DNA of 64,000 nt from a virus, in the IMG/VR virus record IMGVR_UViG_3300042691_041718, positions 96,001 to 160,000 of that record; one strand, written 5' to 3'. Under the pieces are notes generated by a model. It worked only from the letters and a program-made list of their open reading frames with translations, was not told the DNA's origin and ran no database searches. A program made the translations under genes and the position numbers. Below are positions 29,539 through 40,586 of the stretch, piece after piece (the first letter of the stretch is position 1; each line of letters opens with the position of its first letter).

Positions 29539-32500
29539 AGTCCAAATCTTCCTCTTGAACTATTGAAGTTTTGTAGAACTTCAGTTGCTGATAAAGATCG
29601 ATTATAAACTTTACCTGAGTAAATATTACCTTTCCATAATTCAGGAAAAACACTTGATCCACTACCAATTCTCGCTTCAAAATTAGACCAGTTATTCATA
29701 TTATAAGAAGTTATATTTGATGTAGTTGATCCATCTAATACACCATTTCTATATAAGTAAATTTTATATACACCTGATTCTTTTTTGAATACTGCCGTAT
29801 AATTAACGATTGTGTTAAGAATATCAGCACCTGTTAATTGAGAAGAAACCCAGGTTTGCGTAAATCCAACAACATTAATATTTGCAAAAACTTTTCCAGA
29901 ATTTGAACCGCTTCTAAACTTCCAAAGAGAAATAGAATTTGTTTGGTTAGAAGATCCAAGAGTTATTATTTCATGATAAACATCCGAATTGTCCGTTACT
30001 TTAACCCAGAAGTCATATGTTATGTCTGTATCGTTAAACCTAAAGTTCGAACCCAAATTAACATAATCATTAACACCGTCGAATAATATAGAACCTCCAT
30101 TAGTAGAATCATAAGTTGGTCCATTAACTAAAGTACCATTATTACCGGCAGCTAAATCGAACCAAGTTGTTCCTGTTCCTGGATATGAGTTTGCATTACC
30201 TGCATCTAAATTAAGTACTAAACCGTTAGTGTTATAAACTGGAGTTCCAACTTGTCTTCCTAAAGCAGTTTGGAATTTTTGTACAATAGTTCTCATAGTA
30301 AGCGCATCTGTATCATTAAAGTTTTCTTGGAAATATACAATTGATAAATTTCTACTACTTAGATCTGATACCGCACCATTTTCACTTCTACCTCCTATAA
30401 GACATATTAAATTCACTGGATAATAAGCAAGTGATCTTGAATAAGATGTAGTATCTTTTAAAGTTTTAACCGTATTTGAATCTGTTCTATACGATTGGTA
30501 AAAACCTCTGGTGTCTGTATCTGCGAAACTAACAAAATCATCAGAGTTAACTCCACCAAATGTTGTAGTACTATTATGTGCAATTTGGAATGCTCTTACA
30601 GGGAAGTAACTAAGTGCACCAACATCAGTTGAAGAAATACTACTATTAGTAGTTGAATAAACACCTAATCCAGAAGCAATTGCAAAATTTACTGGGTTTA
30701 AAAACGTATTGGCATAACCTGTTGTACCATTTGGTTGAGCACCGCTAGATGTGTGAGTCCATCCGCCGTTAAACACCAATCTATATGCAGCATCCAAATC
30801 TCTAGGATCTTTTAAGTTCCATTTATGAGAAGTAGCGCTTCCGCCTACGAATGGATAAAGAGCTTTCATTTTAGTCCAGATACCAGCAGCTTTCAAATCA
30901 GTTACTAAAGTATTAACCGCAGAAGCTTGTTGAAAGCTAGTGATATTAGCCGCATTCAAGAAAGCTTGAGCATTTGTATCCGAAACTAATGGAACACTTA
31001 CTTGTCTACCTAAAGTAGTTTGGAATGTTTGTACTGCTGTGTAGAATGCTGCTGATTCTGCATCTGTTAGACCATCTCCGATTGAATAAAAAGCAGTTTC
31101 TTTATTGTCAAATCCAGAAGCCACTAATTCATTATTCCTTGCACCTATGTAGTAGTTTATTGTTGGTCTTTCGGTCACACCATTAGATGAATCAATAAGT
31201 ACTTTTACACCATCTTTCCATGCATTAACAGTAGTAGTTGAAATTCTATTACCCATCATTAAACCCCTGGTGTTATTAATAGGGCTGGTGAAAGGTGATA
31301 ATGAGGTATTGAAAATAATATTACCTAATGTTGTTCCATTAGGATTTGACATTAATAAATATCTTTGTGGGGAATTATTATCATTACATCCACCCATGAT
31401 AGCACTCACACTCCATGTAGTTCTACTATATGTAGAATGATGGAAACTACCTAGTGTTAATATAGATGATGGTACCAATTTAGTATCAGCATATGCTGTT
31501 GTACCATTAGGTAAAGCACCAGTTGAGCTATGGGTCCATCCACCATTGAATACTAACCTATAAGCTGCGTCTAAATCTCTCGGATCTTTTAAATTGAATT
31601 TATGAGATGTAGCCGTACCACCAACAAATGGATAAATAGCTTTCATTTTAGTCCATATACCGACTGCTTTCAAATCAATAACTAATGTATTGATAGCCAC
31701 CGCTTGATTTCCATCGGTAATTCCTGCCACAGTCAAGAAACTAACAGCATCTGCGTCACTAACATAAGGAGTTCCGACATGACGACCTAATGTTGTTTGA
31801 AATTTTTGAATTGATGTATATAGATTAGTAGTATCAGTATCACTCATACCGTCAGCTATAACTGAAAATGCAGTCTCTCTATTTGAATAATAATTAGCCC
31901 CACTTGGACTTCCCATCGCACCAATTGCTATATTTACCGAACCGGCAATCGTAGAATCTGCAGAACTTGTCAACACATTTCCATTTTTACCAAGTTTAGC
32001 ATTTGTACTCACTTTATTAGTCCAATACCAGCCTCTTGAATCTGCCTGTATACCACCGTCTAATAAAACAGAACTGTCTGAGTTTCTAGCAAGTATATTA
32101 TTATAAATTCCTGCTTTATACCAAGCAGATAGCCATGTCCATTTGCTCAAATCACTAGAACCCATATCTATCTGATCTGTTCCAGTATTACCATTAGTTA
32201 TTGAGTAATATCCTAAGAAAGGTGTTAAATTACTAGATGGATTATAAAAAGTATTAGCATAACCAGTTGTTCCATTAGGTTTAGCACCAGTCGATGCATG
32301 TGTCCATCCGCCATTAAATACTAATCTAAATGCAGCATCCAAATCTCTTGGATCCTTTAAGTTAAATTTATGTGAAGTTGCCGATCCACCGACAAATGGA
32401 TAAATAGCTTTCATTTTTGTCCATATTCCATATGTCTTTAAATCATTTACTAATGTATTGATAGCTGCAGCCTGTGTTAAATCTGTAATTCCTGCAGCCG

Positions 32501-32582
32501 AAATGAATGCTTGTGCATCTGCATCTACTGCATTGACTACCGAAGTAACAAAAGATCTCCAGCCAACTCTTGCTTGTGTCAT
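29535..32582 (-). CDS. Modular lectin-like tail or adhesin protein, architecture A-A-A-C (C is LamG/ConA-like)
   Basis: MTQARVGWR tag; three copies of DADA.AF..AAGIT...YPFVGG.ATSHK.NL; C-terminal NGLVLNLDAG...YNRSLSATEVLQNF. Confidence 0.7.
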   Translation of the reverse strand: MTQARVGWRSFVTSVVNAVDADAQAFISAAGITDLTQAAAINTLVNDLKTYGIWTKMKAIYPFVGGSATSHKFNLKDPRDLDAAFRLVFNGGWTHASTGAKPNGTTGYANTFYNPSSNLTPFLGYYSITNGNTGTDQIDMGSSDLSKWTWLSAWYKAGIYNNILARNSDSSVLLDGGIQADSRGWYWTNKVSTNAKLGKNGNVLTSSADSTIAGSVNIAIGAMGSPSGANYYSNRETAFSVIADGMSDTDTTNLYTSIQKFQTTLGRHVGTPYVSDADAVSFLTVAGITDGNQAVAINTLVIDLKAVGIWTKMKAIYPFVGGTATSHKFNLKDPRDLDAAYRLVFNGGWTHSSTGALPNGTTAYADTKLVPSSILTLGSFHHSTYSRTTWSVSAIMGGCNDNNSPQRYLLMSNPNGTTLGNIIFNTSLSPFTSPINNTRGLMMGNRISTTTVNAWKDGVKVLIDSSNGVTERPTINYYIGARNNELVASGFDNKETAFYSIGDGLTDAESAAFYTAVQTFQTTLGRQVSVPLVSDTNAQAFLNAANITSFQQASAVNTLVTDLKAAGIWTKMKALYPFVGGSATSHKWNLKDPRDLDAAYRLVFNGGWTHTSSGAQPNGTTGYANTFLNPVNFAIASGLGVYSTTNSSISSTDVGALSYFPVRAFQIAHNSTTTFGGVNSDDFVSFADTDTRGFYQSYRTDSNTVKTLKDTTSYSRSLAYYPVNLICLIGGRSENGAVSDLSSRNLSIVYFQENFNDTDALTMRTIVQKFQTALGRQVGTPVYNTNGLVLNLDAGNANSYPGTGTTWFDLAAGNNGTLVNGPTYDSTNGGSILFDGVNDYVNLGSNFRFNDTDITYDFWVKVTDNSDVYHEIITLGSSNQTNSISLWKFRSGSNSGKVFANINVVGFTQTWVSSQLTGADILNTIVNYTAVFKKESGVYKIYLYRNGVLDGSTTSNITSYNMNNWSNFEARIGSGSSVFPELWKGNIYSGKVYNRSLSATEVLQNFNSSRGRFGL

Positions 32583-32601
32583 TTAATTTTAATTTTTTTA
32601 A

Positions 32602-32639
32602 AGAGACTCGTCAAAATGACGAGTCTCTATTTATATATT
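32602..32639 (-). promoter_or_regulatory. Junction element: TATATAAATA followed by a 12-bp perfect hairpin
   Basis: agagactcgtca-aaa-tgacgagtctct at 32602-32628, with tatttata at 32628-32635. Confidence 0.8.
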
Positions 32640-35045
32640 TTAGTATACTGAGTAGTACGAGTTTATATTAGTATTAATTGCAGAATTATTGCTTAATTGC
32701 GATGTACTTCCATATATGATTAGTTCAGAGAAACCTGAACCACTTGTCAATCCATTACCCGCATCTCTTTTAAATATCACAACACCAGTAACAGCACCTC
32801 CGATATCATGTGCAAAATTAGTAACTAAATTAGCTCCATTCTCAAATACTGTAACGCCAGATGAGTTTTCATGTATGCTTATTAAATTAAATCCATTTGG
32901 TAATGCAGCAGCTGTAATCTCTTGTCCAGCGGAGTCATAGTATCTACCAGTTCCATTAGCATTTCTAGAAACGAAGTGTTGGTTAGAAGTACCTACTGAA
33001 GACATCATGGCCATCGCTCCTCTAGATGCATTTAATTTTATAGTTGCAAAAATAGAGTTAGTTGTCAGGTTCCAAGACGCCGAACTATTAATCATAAATG
33101 AACTTCCATCGGTTAGTATAACAGGTTTTGAATTTTGTGTATTTAAAACACCCGATAAAACTATACTTGGTTGATTTGTAGCAGTTGTTTGTGTTGCATG
33201 TTGATTATTTCCACTTTGGTCGTACCATGTAGTTACGAATCCATTACCACTACCAACAAATGCCAATAACGAAGTGGTATCTAAATTGCCATTTGCGTCA
33301 AACGAAATATCTTGTTCCAGATTATCAGAAGATCTTCTAACTCTAATAGCAAATCCATAATACCCAGTTCTTAATTTTCTTAATGAATATGCGGCAGCTG
33401 CACTTGAATAAGTATCTAATAAATTAGCAGTTTGACCAGATTCCAATACTGGAGTTCCAATTTGTCTTCCTAATGTTGTATTGAATTTTTGTACCGCAGT
33501 ATAGAATGCGGTAGCTTCAGCATCTGTTAAACCATCTCCAATTGACGCGAATGCTGATTCAAATGTAGAATAACCATAAATACCACTATTATATATTGCA
33601 GCACCTAGACCAACATTGTAATTAGGTTTAACTGTTATTGTTTCTGTTTTAGTACCAATAACGCTATTATTTATAATAGCTTTCTGAGTATTAGCTTCTT
33701 TTTTAATTATAAATAGTCCTCTAGTATCAGCAACTGGAGTATCAATTGGGTTAACAAAACCACCTAATCCAGCATATATATTAGGTGCTGCACCGTATAT
33801 ATCAATAGCATAATATCTTGAGTTTAATATATCATATGAACCTATCATGTAATTATCCTTACCACTACCAGGAATTACTGTTGTTCTTGAATAATATGAA
33901 AGGTGACTATTTGTACCGTCTAAGGCAGTGTTTACGTTTAATTTAGTGTCAGCATATGCTGTCGTACCATTTGGTTTAGCTCCGGTTGAACTGTGCGTCC
34001 ATCCACCATTAAATACCAATCTAAATGCAGCATCTAAATCTCTTGGATCTTTCAAGTTGAATTTATGTGTTGTTGCAGTTCCACCTACGAATGGATAAAT
34101 TGCCTTCATCTTAGTCCAAATACCAGCCGCTTTTAAATCAACAACTAATGTATTAACCGCAGTAGCTTGGCCTAAATCTGTAATACCTGCAGCATTCAAG
34201 AAAGCTTGAGCATCTGAATCTGATACAATCGGAGATCCAACATGACGACCTAATGTTGTTTGAAATTTTTGAATAGTCGTATAAAGGTTTGTTATATCAA
34301 TATCTGATAGTCCATTTCCAATATAAGTAAAAGATTTTTCCCTAGTTGAATATGAACCAACAGTACTACCTGAAAGTCTTATAGATATATTCGGGACAGA
34401 ACCAGACATTGCAGTAGTGGTGGTTCCCAATATAGAAGTATTTCGGAATATTTTCATCATAGTTGTTGATGTTCTTGATAAAGATATGAGACCAGCTGAA
34501 CTAGAATTAGTGACTACTATATTATATGGTACTGCATCTCTATAAATATATCCATATATTTTTCCATCCGACCATCTAGTATCAATACCAATACATTGAG
34601 TACCACTATTGTAAGCTGATATATCATTAGAATTTTCCATTATATCAGTTCTTGAATAAAAACCAAAAGCCATATCATATTCAGTTGGATAATTGGAAGA
34701 TGGTATTAATTTAGTATCTGCATATCCTGTAGTACCATTTCCTTTTATACCATTACTTGTATGTGTCCAACCACCATTAAATACTAATCTAAATGCAGCA
34801 TCTAAATCCCTCGGATCTTTTAAGTTGAATTTATGTGAAGTTGCAGATCCACCAACAAATGGATAAATAGCTTTCATTTTTGACCATATTCCATAGGTCT
34901 TTAAATCATTTACTAACGTATTGATAGCTGCTGCTTGAGTTAAGTTAGTAATTCCTGCAGCTGATATAAATGCTTGAGCATCTGCATCTACTGCATTGAC
35001 TACCGAAGTAACAAAAGCTCGCCATCCAACTCTTATTTGTGTCAT
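32640..35045 (-). CDS. Modular lectin-like tail or adhesin protein, architecture A-A-B
   Basis: MTQIRVGWR tag; two A modules; B module LLDTY..AAAAYSLRKL...VRRSSDN...NGFVTTWYDQSG (ConA-like, resembling the arabinofuranosidase-B catalytic-like family). Confidence 0.7.
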   Translation of the reverse strand: MTQIRVGWRAFVTSVVNAVDADAQAFISAAGITNLTQAAAINTLVNDLKTYGIWSKMKAIYPFVGGSATSHKFNLKDPRDLDAAFRLVFNGGWTHTSNGIKGNGTTGYADTKLIPSSNYPTEYDMAFGFYSRTDIMENSNDISAYNSGTQCIGIDTRWSDGKIYGYIYRDAVPYNIVVTNSSSAGLISLSRTSTTMMKIFRNTSILGTTTTAMSGSVPNISIRLSGSTVGSYSTREKSFTYIGNGLSDIDITNLYTTIQKFQTTLGRHVGSPIVSDSDAQAFLNAAGITDLGQATAVNTLVVDLKAAGIWTKMKAIYPFVGGTATTHKFNLKDPRDLDAAFRLVFNGGWTHSSTGAKPNGTTAYADTKLNVNTALDGTNSHLSYYSRTTVIPGSGKDNYMIGSYDILNSRYYAIDIYGAAPNIYAGLGGFVNPIDTPVADTRGLFIIKKEANTQKAIINNSVIGTKTETITVKPNYNVGLGAAIYNSGIYGYSTFESAFASIGDGLTDAEATAFYTAVQKFNTTLGRQIGTPVLESGQTANLLDTYSSAAAAYSLRKLRTGYYGFAIRVRRSSDNLEQDISFDANGNLDTTSLLAFVGSGNGFVTTWYDQSGNNQHATQTTATNQPSIVLSGVLNTQNSKPVILTDGSSFMINSSASWNLTTNSIFATIKLNASRGAMAMMSSVGTSNQHFVSRNANGTGRYYDSAGQEITAAALPNGFNLISIHENSSGVTVFENGANLVTNFAHDIGGAVTGVVIFKRDAGNGLTSGSGFSELIIYGSTSQLSNNSAINTNINSYYSVY

Positions 35046-35064
35046 ATTTTTTTTATTTTTTAAA

Positions 35065-35100
35065 AAAGACTCGCCCTTTGACGAGTCTTTATTTATATAG
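35065..35100 (-). promoter_or_regulatory. Junction element: TATATAAATA followed by a hairpin
   Basis: aaagactcg-ccctttga-cgagtcttt at 35065-35090, with tatttata at 35090-35097. Confidence 0.8.
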
Positions 35101-35101
35101 T

Positions 35102-36583
35102 TTAGTATACTGAATAATAAGTATTCATGTTATCTTGAATATCTAATCTAGTACTTGACTTATCTGAATTCCAGAAAATAACCTCTTGAATATCCCCATC
35201 AAACTCATTCAAAAAATAAGGAGTTCCAGATGCAGCACCTATTGATATACCTCTTAATTCGATATTTCCCAGAGCGGTAGAATTAATACCTCCATTATTA
35301 ACAGATATTTTTGAATTCGATCCATCATAAAGCATAAACTTGATATTGTTATTAGTATTTGCATTTAATAATGAATAAAGATATCCACTAGTATATATTG
35401 AAAATTTACCATTTGTAATGGAATCTAAATAATTAGGGCTATATACTGAATACAAATCACCACCAACAGCCACTCTATTGCCAGTATCGTTATATCTAGT
35501 AACAGTAAAAAGTGATACAGGTTTTGTTATAGTAAACGATCCGTAAGGATATCTAAGTATTCTACCTCTATATGATGTATCCCCTCCTATGCTACTTCCG
35601 TATGAATTTAAACCAGTCGTGAACTTTTTCAAAGTTGCTTTACCATTATTCTTTAGCATAGCCCCTTCCCATACTATATACGGCTGATTTGCAGCAGTAG
35701 GTTGTGAAGCGTGTCTACTATTTCCACTCTGGTCATACCATGTTACTATAAAACCGTTACCTGCAGACCCAACTGTTGTTTTAGCATAAGGTTGTATAGT
35801 TTTTCCAGAAACATTATTTAAAGTACCTGTGACTTGCATACCCCAGATATAATATTTAGCACCAGTATCACCGGTAAAAGAGAAATTTCCATTATTACTA
35901 CCGTTCCTGAAAATGTTTATCGGAAATTTATTTGCAGTTCTACCAGCAAGAACATCTCCACTCATAGAACATCTCCACCAACCGTTTCCTTCATCAGTCA
36001 TCGCTGCGCCAGTTATGTTTATACCAGAAGAATTAAAAATATAAGTAGTTCCTGTATCTAAATTGAACTCAACATATCCCCAAGAACCATTAAGGTCTTC
36101 CTTTGCTATAATTTTATTATTAGTTGATGTATTTCCAGGAGCTTTCTTAATATAGAAACTCGCGTTCCAGTTATATCCAGTAGGTAAAGTAGTGTTTGGA
36201 TAATATCTATACATATAATGGTTACCTGATCCACTATTCTCTGAATAAAGATCAGCTGTCTGTGTTCCGTCAGGAGCAGTTCCCTGATCTGCAGTTATCG
36301 TAACACCAGACTTAGCATATACTGCATTAGTAAAATCTTGTGAATATGATAATTGATTGTATGCTCCGACGAAATTCATTAATGTAGTTTCATCTAGAAC
36401 ATTATTTAAAAAAGGTATATCCATTTCTGTATTATCTCCACTTCTTCTTACTCTAATGCATGCACCAGTGTAATTAGTATTTAATTTTCTAAAGGAGTAT
36501 GCTGCTAAAGAATTTGGAAATAGATCTAGTAGAAGAGCAGATTGATCTACGTATGTTCTCCATCCAACTTTTGTTTGTGTCAT
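35102..36583 (-). CDS. Modular lectin-like protein: B module with an inserted ~200-aa D domain
   Basis: MTQTKVGWR tag; insert with APDGTQTAD, GNGWWRCS and YIWGMQ between FVG and NGFIVTWYDQSG. Confidence 0.7.
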   Translation of the reverse strand: MTQTKVGWRTYVDQSALLLDLFPNSLAAYSFRKLNTNYTGACIRVRRSGDNTEMDIPFLNNVLDETTLMNFVGAYNQLSYSQDFTNAVYAKSGVTITADQGTAPDGTQTADLYSENSGSGNHYMYRYYPNTTLPTGYNWNASFYIKKAPGNTSTNNKIIAKEDLNGSWGYVEFNLDTGTTYIFNSSGINITGAAMTDEGNGWWRCSMSGDVLAGRTANKFPINIFRNGSNNGNFSFTGDTGAKYYIWGMQVTGTLNNVSGKTIQPYAKTTVGSAGNGFIVTWYDQSGNSRHASQPTAANQPYIVWEGAMLKNNGKATLKKFTTGLNSYGSSIGGDTSYRGRILRYPYGSFTITKPVSLFTVTRYNDTGNRVAVGGDLYSVYSPNYLDSITNGKFSIYTSGYLYSLLNANTNNNIKFMLYDGSNSKISVNNGGINSTALGNIELRGISIGAASGTPYFLNEFDGDIQEVIFWNSDKSSTRLDIQDNMNTYYSVY

Positions 36584-36602
36584 AGTTTTTTTTTATTTTT
36601 TA

Positions 36603-36624
36603 AAAGACCTCCGAAGAGGTCTTT
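36603..36624 (-). terminator. Hairpin with a C(UUCG)G tetraloop on the minus strand
   Basis: Minus strand reads AAAGACCTC-TTCG-GAGGTCTTTT. Confidence 0.85.
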
Positions 36625-36626
36625 AT

Positions 36627-36854
36627 TTATGGATTTACATCTCCAGGAAGCTCAACTTGAACCGGATTGTGATCGATTTCTGGTAAATCATGAACCCATT
36701 CAGTTACTCCTCCATGTGTACATTGATTAACTTCCTCATTTGAGATAAACCAATTTCCATCAGCATCTAATGTTGGGTTGAAGAATTGAATTCCATCATA
36801 AGTTTGACCAACTAATAGGTCTTTTTGTTCTTGTGTTAAAAGTCTTACTTTCAT
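36627..36854 (-). CDS. Small acidic array-associated protein, family X copy 1
   Basis: LT.EQKD.LVGQ..DG..FFNPTLDADGNWFIS.EEV shared with 36909..37133. Confidence 0.75.
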   Translation of the reverse strand: MKVRLLTQEQKDLLVGQTYDGIQFFNPTLDADGNWFISNEEVNQCTHGGVTEWVHDLPEIDHNPVQVELPGDVNP

Positions 36855-36882
36855 CGTTTATTACTTATTTTTTATTTTTTAG

Positions 36883-36906
36883 AAAAGACCTCATAAGAGG
36901 TCTTTT
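36883..36906 (-). terminator. Hairpin of the same family as 36603-36624
   Basis: aaaagacctc-ataa-gaggtctttt. Confidence 0.8.
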
Positions 36907-36908
36907 AT

Positions 36909-37133
36909 TTATTCGGTTACTTCTCCCGGAAGTTCAGCAATGATCGGATTGTGAGGAATCTCAACCAACTCAGAAATCCAAGCGAATTCAGTTCCTGTAT
37001 ATCCTTGAACTTCTTCGATAGAGATAAACCAGTTACCGTCTGCATCTAAAGTTGGGTTGAAGAAAGTTTCACCATCCCATTTTTGACCAACTAATTGATC
37101 TTTTTGTTCTAAAGTTAATTTATAGACTTTCAT
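36909..37133 (-). CDS. Small acidic array-associated protein, family X copy 2
   Basis: Paralog of 36627..36854. Confidence 0.75.
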   Translation of the reverse strand: MKVYKLTLEQKDQLVGQKWDGETFFNPTLDADGNWFISIEEVQGYTGTEFAWISELVEIPHNPIIAELPGEVTE

Positions 37134-37149
37134 AATATTTTATTTTTTT

Positions 37150-37371
37150 TTATTTTAATTCTGGTTGAGTAATTTCAAATTCAATTGGGGCACCTAATAT
37201 TGTCTCAATAGATTCGTCAAATGTGATGTACCAAAATCCATCTAATTCAGCATTTTGATAATCTACCCAGTGTTGAGTAACACATCCTTCTTTCGGATAT
37301 CCGAAATGGGTGTCGCATTGTGTTCTAGCAGCAATTGCTTCTGCTTCTGTCATAAATTTGTAACCTTTCAT
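37150..37371 (-). CDS. Small array-associated protein, family Y copy 1
   Basis: GYK..TE.EAI.AR...ELDGF.YI...LG.PIEFE.TQPE shared with 40587..40808. Confidence 0.75.
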   Translation of the reverse strand: MKGYKFMTEAEAIAARTQCDTHFGYPKEGCVTQHWVDYQNAELDGFWYITFDESIETILGAPIEFEITQPELK

Positions 37372-37422
37372 GTTAATTTATTTTTTTATTTTATTTATCA
37401 TAAAACTATAATTATGATAATT

Positions 37423-39054
37423 TTATACGTTGTATCTAACTCTTCCAGCATTGAAGTTTTGTAAAACTTCCGCTGCAGAAAGTTCTCGGTCATATATATG
37501 CATTGCTCCAAGAATACCTCTACCTGAACTTGTAGATGTAGCCGAATTAACACCCCATCCAGCATTTGATGCTCTAAGTCCAGAACATGTCATTGTATTT
37601 GTTGCCTGTAACACACCATTTACATACATTTTAACATACGAATTTGGCTTCCAAACTACATAAACATTATACCAAACATCAGATTGTACAGTTGTTGTTG
37701 ATTGAAATGTTCCTGAAATTGAACCAGACGTTGGAACAATGTTAATACCGAATTTAGAACCAATAGACATACTCAGAATAAAACTCCATCCACCACCATA
37801 AGAATCATGTCCTCTTGTTATAGCATAAAAACCATTATGTCTTGAAGAAACTTTAAACCATCCACCTACCGTAAATGTACCTGTATCAGATCCTTTATAA
37901 AGTGTTTGTAAATAATCCGGCGAAGTACCAGATTGATACAGCTTAGTACCACCCGCAGTGTTATCAGAATTTCGAAATCTAAGTTCAGGTATACCCAAAT
38001 CAGATTTATTATATTCTATAAAACGATTTTGCCAATCATATTGATTTAATCTAATTACTGTACCATTATTACTATTACCACTACTATCAACCAATACATC
38101 ATTTTGATAGTAATATAATCCTGGTAGGTCAGATGTTAATGATCTTTCATTTGGTGGAGTTTGATTTTGAGCATCAATATTAATTTTTAAACCATTTGTA
38201 ACTAATACATCGGTTGATGTATTAGTATTAATTGTTAATGGTGCAATAGAAGTTCCAATTTGTCTTGATAGAGATGAATTAAATCTTTGAACTGCGATAT
38301 ACATTAAATATGATTCCATCGTATTTAAAGCACTTGTTATATAAGCAGTTGAATATCTATTCGTTGAAGAAGAAGATCCAATTTTTACAGTTGAATTCGG
38401 ATTTATTTTAGTTGTCGCAACTGTCTGTCTAGCACCTTGAACCTCTAAACCATCTTTAAACCAACAAAAATATGTAGTATTATATCTTTTTAATTCATTT
38501 AAACCAGTAACAGTTGTTGGACTAATATAAAATGAAAACCAATCATGTGATGGAATACTTCTAAAAAACATTAAAGTTGGACTCGAAACAAAAGAATCTA
38601 TTGAACCGTTTGTAGAATCATACGCTGAAATATCAGATCTAAATCCTCTAACATTGGAAGATTGGATCGGATTATCATTTATATAAATACCAAAATTATG
38701 TTCGGTACTATTTGCACCAAAAGCGCTTCTTAAATTTAATTGAGTATCAGCAATTGTGTTTGATCCATTTGATTTAACACCATTTGAATCATGAATCCAA
38801 CCGCCACTAAATGTTAAACTGTATATTTGTGTGTTAACTAAATTTAATCTATGAGATTCAGCATTTCCACCAACGAAAGGATAGAAAGCCTTTATTTTAG
38901 TCCAAAGACCATATCTTTTCAGATCTTTAACTAAAGTGTTAACTGCGGATTTTTGAGTTGTATCAGTAAGACCTGCAGCTAATGAAAAGGCTGTAGCGTC
39001 AGTATCTAGTCCTAAATCAACATAAGGTCTCCAACCTACTTTAATTTGTGTCAT
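37423..39054 (-). CDS. Modular lectin-like protein, architecture A-C
   Basis: MTQIKVGWR tag; A module; TNGLKINIDA...YDRELSAAEVLQNFN LamG-like domain. Confidence 0.7.
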   Translation of the reverse strand: MTQIKVGWRPYVDLGLDTDATAFSLAAGLTDTTQKSAVNTLVKDLKRYGLWTKIKAFYPFVGGNAESHRLNLVNTQIYSLTFSGGWIHDSNGVKSNGSNTIADTQLNLRSAFGANSTEHNFGIYINDNPIQSSNVRGFRSDISAYDSTNGSIDSFVSSPTLMFFRSIPSHDWFSFYISPTTVTGLNELKRYNTTYFCWFKDGLEVQGARQTVATTKINPNSTVKIGSSSSTNRYSTAYITSALNTMESYLMYIAVQRFNSSLSRQIGTSIAPLTINTNTSTDVLVTNGLKINIDAQNQTPPNERSLTSDLPGLYYYQNDVLVDSSGNSNNGTVIRLNQYDWQNRFIEYNKSDLGIPELRFRNSDNTAGGTKLYQSGTSPDYLQTLYKGSDTGTFTVGGWFKVSSRHNGFYAITRGHDSYGGGWSFILSMSIGSKFGINIVPTSGSISGTFQSTTTVQSDVWYNVYVVWKPNSYVKMYVNGVLQATNTMTCSGLRASNAGWGVNSATSTSSGRGILGAMHIYDRELSAAEVLQNFNAGRVRYNV

Positions 39055-39070
39055 AGTTTTTTATTATTTT

Positions 39071-40570
39071 TTAGTATATTGAATAGAATGAATTAATACT
39101 TGATTCAATGATATTTCTATCAGAACTCACATCACCATTAAATAACACCATTTCTGATGCATAAAATTGACCGGAATTACTTAAACCTAATTGTAGACCT
39201 TTCCAATTCGTAGTTGTAAGATTTTTACTATATGTTGAACCATTCTTACCAACTTTAGCACTATTTGAAGATATATTCATAAAATGTAGTGTTTGGTTTG
39301 TATCTACAATATCTTCTCCGTTAATTAAATTATTGTCAGCTGTATATAGAGTATAAGCATATCTTCCTAAACCAATAAAATATCTTATCCAGTAATTCCT
39401 ATTGTTTTCTAATCCAGACAGTATTGGGAAGTCGTAGATACTTCCATATATTTTCATATTTATGAATATGCTAAATGGTCTATTTAATGTTATCGAATTT
39501 AATGGTAAACCTAACCATTTTCTAGTAGTTCCAGAAAAAAGAAAAGAAAGAGTAGGTTTTCCATTTAGAGCTATCAATGTGCTATCTTCAATAATTGATG
39601 GCTGATTTGCAGAAGTTGTTTGTGATATATTCATATTATTACCCGACTGGTCATACCATATTGATACAAACCCAGAACCAGGAAGAGTATTAGTAGTTTT
39701 AGAATATGGTTTTAATTCTTGATAACTATCATCATCATTTTTAAGAGTTATTTGTAACCCCCACAATAAATACTTACCATTCACATTACCATTCCAAGTT
39801 TGTCCATAACTAGGTGCGTTTACAATTGGAACACCACCATTGGTAGTTGCTGGAACTCTACCTATTGCTATAGGTGTTTTTGTTGATTGACTTTCAGTAC
39901 CAGTTTTTGGTGGTCTTTTTCCCCACATAGAACATCTCCACCAACCATTACCTTCATCAGACATAGAAGCACCTAAAACTCCTAATGAACCTCCAAAAAT
40001 ATTAAGGTCAGCAATATAATCAACATTACCAGTTTCTAAATTAAAAACTACAGTTGAACCACCACTTGAATTACCACTTCTTTGTTGACGGAGCATTATT
40101 TTATTTTCAGTAAGTGTATTATCTGGTGATTTCTTAACATAAAAACTCATATTCCAACTACCCCCTACGAGAAGACCACTCTGAACATCTTCCCTATAGA
40201 AATAATGGTCCGTTGTTGTTGCTGTTTCAGTAAATAAATCAGCAGTTTGTGTACCATCTGGTGCTATACCAGCATTAGGTGTTATAGTAACTCCGTTTTT
40301 TGACCAGTACGCATTATCTAGGTCTTCTGAATAATAAAATTTATTATTTGAACCAACGAATGTTGTTAATGCTACCGTATCCAAATTACCATCATTATCA
40401 AAACCAATGTCTTGTGATTGATTATCACTGGACCTTCTAACTCTGACTGCCGGTCCTGTATAAGATCCATTTAATTTTCTCAGTGAGTATGCAGCAGCCG
40501 AACCCCCACTATAGATGTCTAATAAGTAAGGACTTACGTACTTTCTCCAGCCTACTCTTGATTGTGTCAT
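39071..40570 (-). CDS. Modular lectin-like protein, B module with D insert
   Basis: MTQSRVGWR tag; AAAYSLRKL, APDGTQTAD, GNGWWRCS and WYDQSG. Confidence 0.7.
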   Translation of the reverse strand: MTQSRVGWRKYVSPYLLDIYSGGSAAAYSLRKLNGSYTGPAVRVRRSSDNQSQDIGFDNDGNLDTVALTTFVGSNNKFYYSEDLDNAYWSKNGVTITPNAGIAPDGTQTADLFTETATTTDHYFYREDVQSGLLVGGSWNMSFYVKKSPDNTLTENKIMLRQQRSGNSSGGSTVVFNLETGNVDYIADLNIFGGSLGVLGASMSDEGNGWWRCSMWGKRPPKTGTESQSTKTPIAIGRVPATTNGGVPIVNAPSYGQTWNGNVNGKYLLWGLQITLKNDDDSYQELKPYSKTTNTLPGSGFVSIWYDQSGNNMNISQTTSANQPSIIEDSTLIALNGKPTLSFLFSGTTRKWLGLPLNSITLNRPFSIFINMKIYGSIYDFPILSGLENNRNYWIRYFIGLGRYAYTLYTADNNLINGEDIVDTNQTLHFMNISSNSAKVGKNGSTYSKNLTTTNWKGLQLGLSNSGQFYASEMVLFNGDVSSDRNIIESSINSFYSIY

Positions 40571-40586
40571 AGTTTTTTATTATTTT